Source of the DNA: Hemiscyllium ocellatum
Lineage: Eukaryota
NCBI RefSeq assembly: GCF_020745735.1
Contig: NC_083409.1
Coordinates: 20,408,098-20,472,097, forward strand
Direction of reading: 5' to 3'
Length of the DNA: 64,000 bases
Shown here: in pieces, positions 63,201-64,000 of the stretch
How the letters are laid out: every line of letters starts with the position of its first letter
Numbering within the stretch: position 1 is the stretch's first letter
Translations under genes and position numbers: made by a program
The notes under the pieces: generated by a model
What the model saw: the letters and a program-made list of their open reading frames with translations, nothing else
Told to the model about the DNA's origin: nothing
Databases searched by the model: none

Positions 63201-64000
63201 AATCAAGCTGGTAAACTTGTTTTCAACAATATTTAAATAAAATAATATAAAACAACATAAAATTAAATATAAATAAAACATTGCTGCGTTTGAGATACAA
63301 CATCACGGAACCCAAAAAGTTAATCCCCCTCTTCCCACAGAGGCTGCATCTGTTCCCTTTCTCCAGCATTGCGCTTCTATTTGAGATCTGCAGTATTTTG
63401 TTTATGTATCTGTTTTAATGCCATTGGTTATAGGAGAAGCATTCATCAGCACACTGGGGAGATTTTCCCTGAGATGGTCACAAAGCCCTTATATTCACAT
63501 TGACCTGAGAGGGCAGTGGTTTAACCGATCACCCAGCAGATGGCATCTTTGCCTTTGCCAGCCTCAGGATAGTGCTCCAGTGTCTGGAGTGGGGCTTGAA
63601 ACCTGCAGGTTCAGGTGACAGTGTTAACACTGAACCCATCTATTCTTTTCTGGGATGTGGGAGTCACTAGCAAGACCAGCATTTGTTCCCCATCCCGACC
63701 TGCCCCGAAACTGAGTGGCTTGCTCGGCCTTTCAAATGGCAGGTAAGGGTCAGCCACATTGCTGGAGTCCTGGCAGAGTCAGACATCTACAACAGGTTTA
63801 CAAGAACAAGGCCCTTTGGCCCATTGAGTCAAAGCCAGTCAAACAACCACCTCACTATTCTAATTTCATGTTCCAGCACTTGGCCTGTAGCCCTGCACAC
63901 CTTGGCATCACAGCTGCACATCGAAATACTTCAATGTTATAGGAGAGTTTCTGCCTCAACCACCCTTACAGGGAGTGAGTCCCCAGACTGCCACCACCCC

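Noticed and set aside
1-64000. CRISPR arrays, rRNA or true tRNA genes
   Set aside because: None seen; the repeats present are satellites, transposon ends or segmental duplications in eukaryotic DNA.

Overview
Repeat-rich vertebrate DNA from a cartilaginous fish (shark). The inference rests on HE1-type SINEs, shark CR1/Penelope families and a shark kappa-type (type III/NS4-like) immunoglobulin light-chain constant exon. The core of the window is a ~11 kb segmental duplication (about 17352-28194 and 47224-58595). Each copy carries, in the same order, a strong CTCF motif, a conserved enhancer-like module, a Penelope element and a minus-strand Ig kappa C exon with its 3'UTR and poly(A) signal. 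The first C exon (25974-26302) is intact. The second (56979-57280) is frameshifted with a premature stop. I found no convincing J segment, RSS or kappa V upstream of either exon inside the window. Other content: a CpG-island promoter with four phased NRF1-like repeats near 2 kb; an orphan inverted copy of the kappa 3'UTR; a third, inverted copy of the enhancer-like module; two unrelated endogenous retrovirus fossils (an LPQG-type pro-RT-IN remnant at ~14-15 kb and a class I gag/RNase H/env/LTR remnant at ~40-45.6 kb); many Penelope-like element ends carrying minimal hammerhead ribozyme motifs; CR1 and Tx1 LINEs; hAT and Tigger-like MITEs; and degenerate V-like remnants near 61 kb. Most ORFs in the supplied track are repeat-derived. 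All alignments and identities were judged by eye, and no database searches were run.
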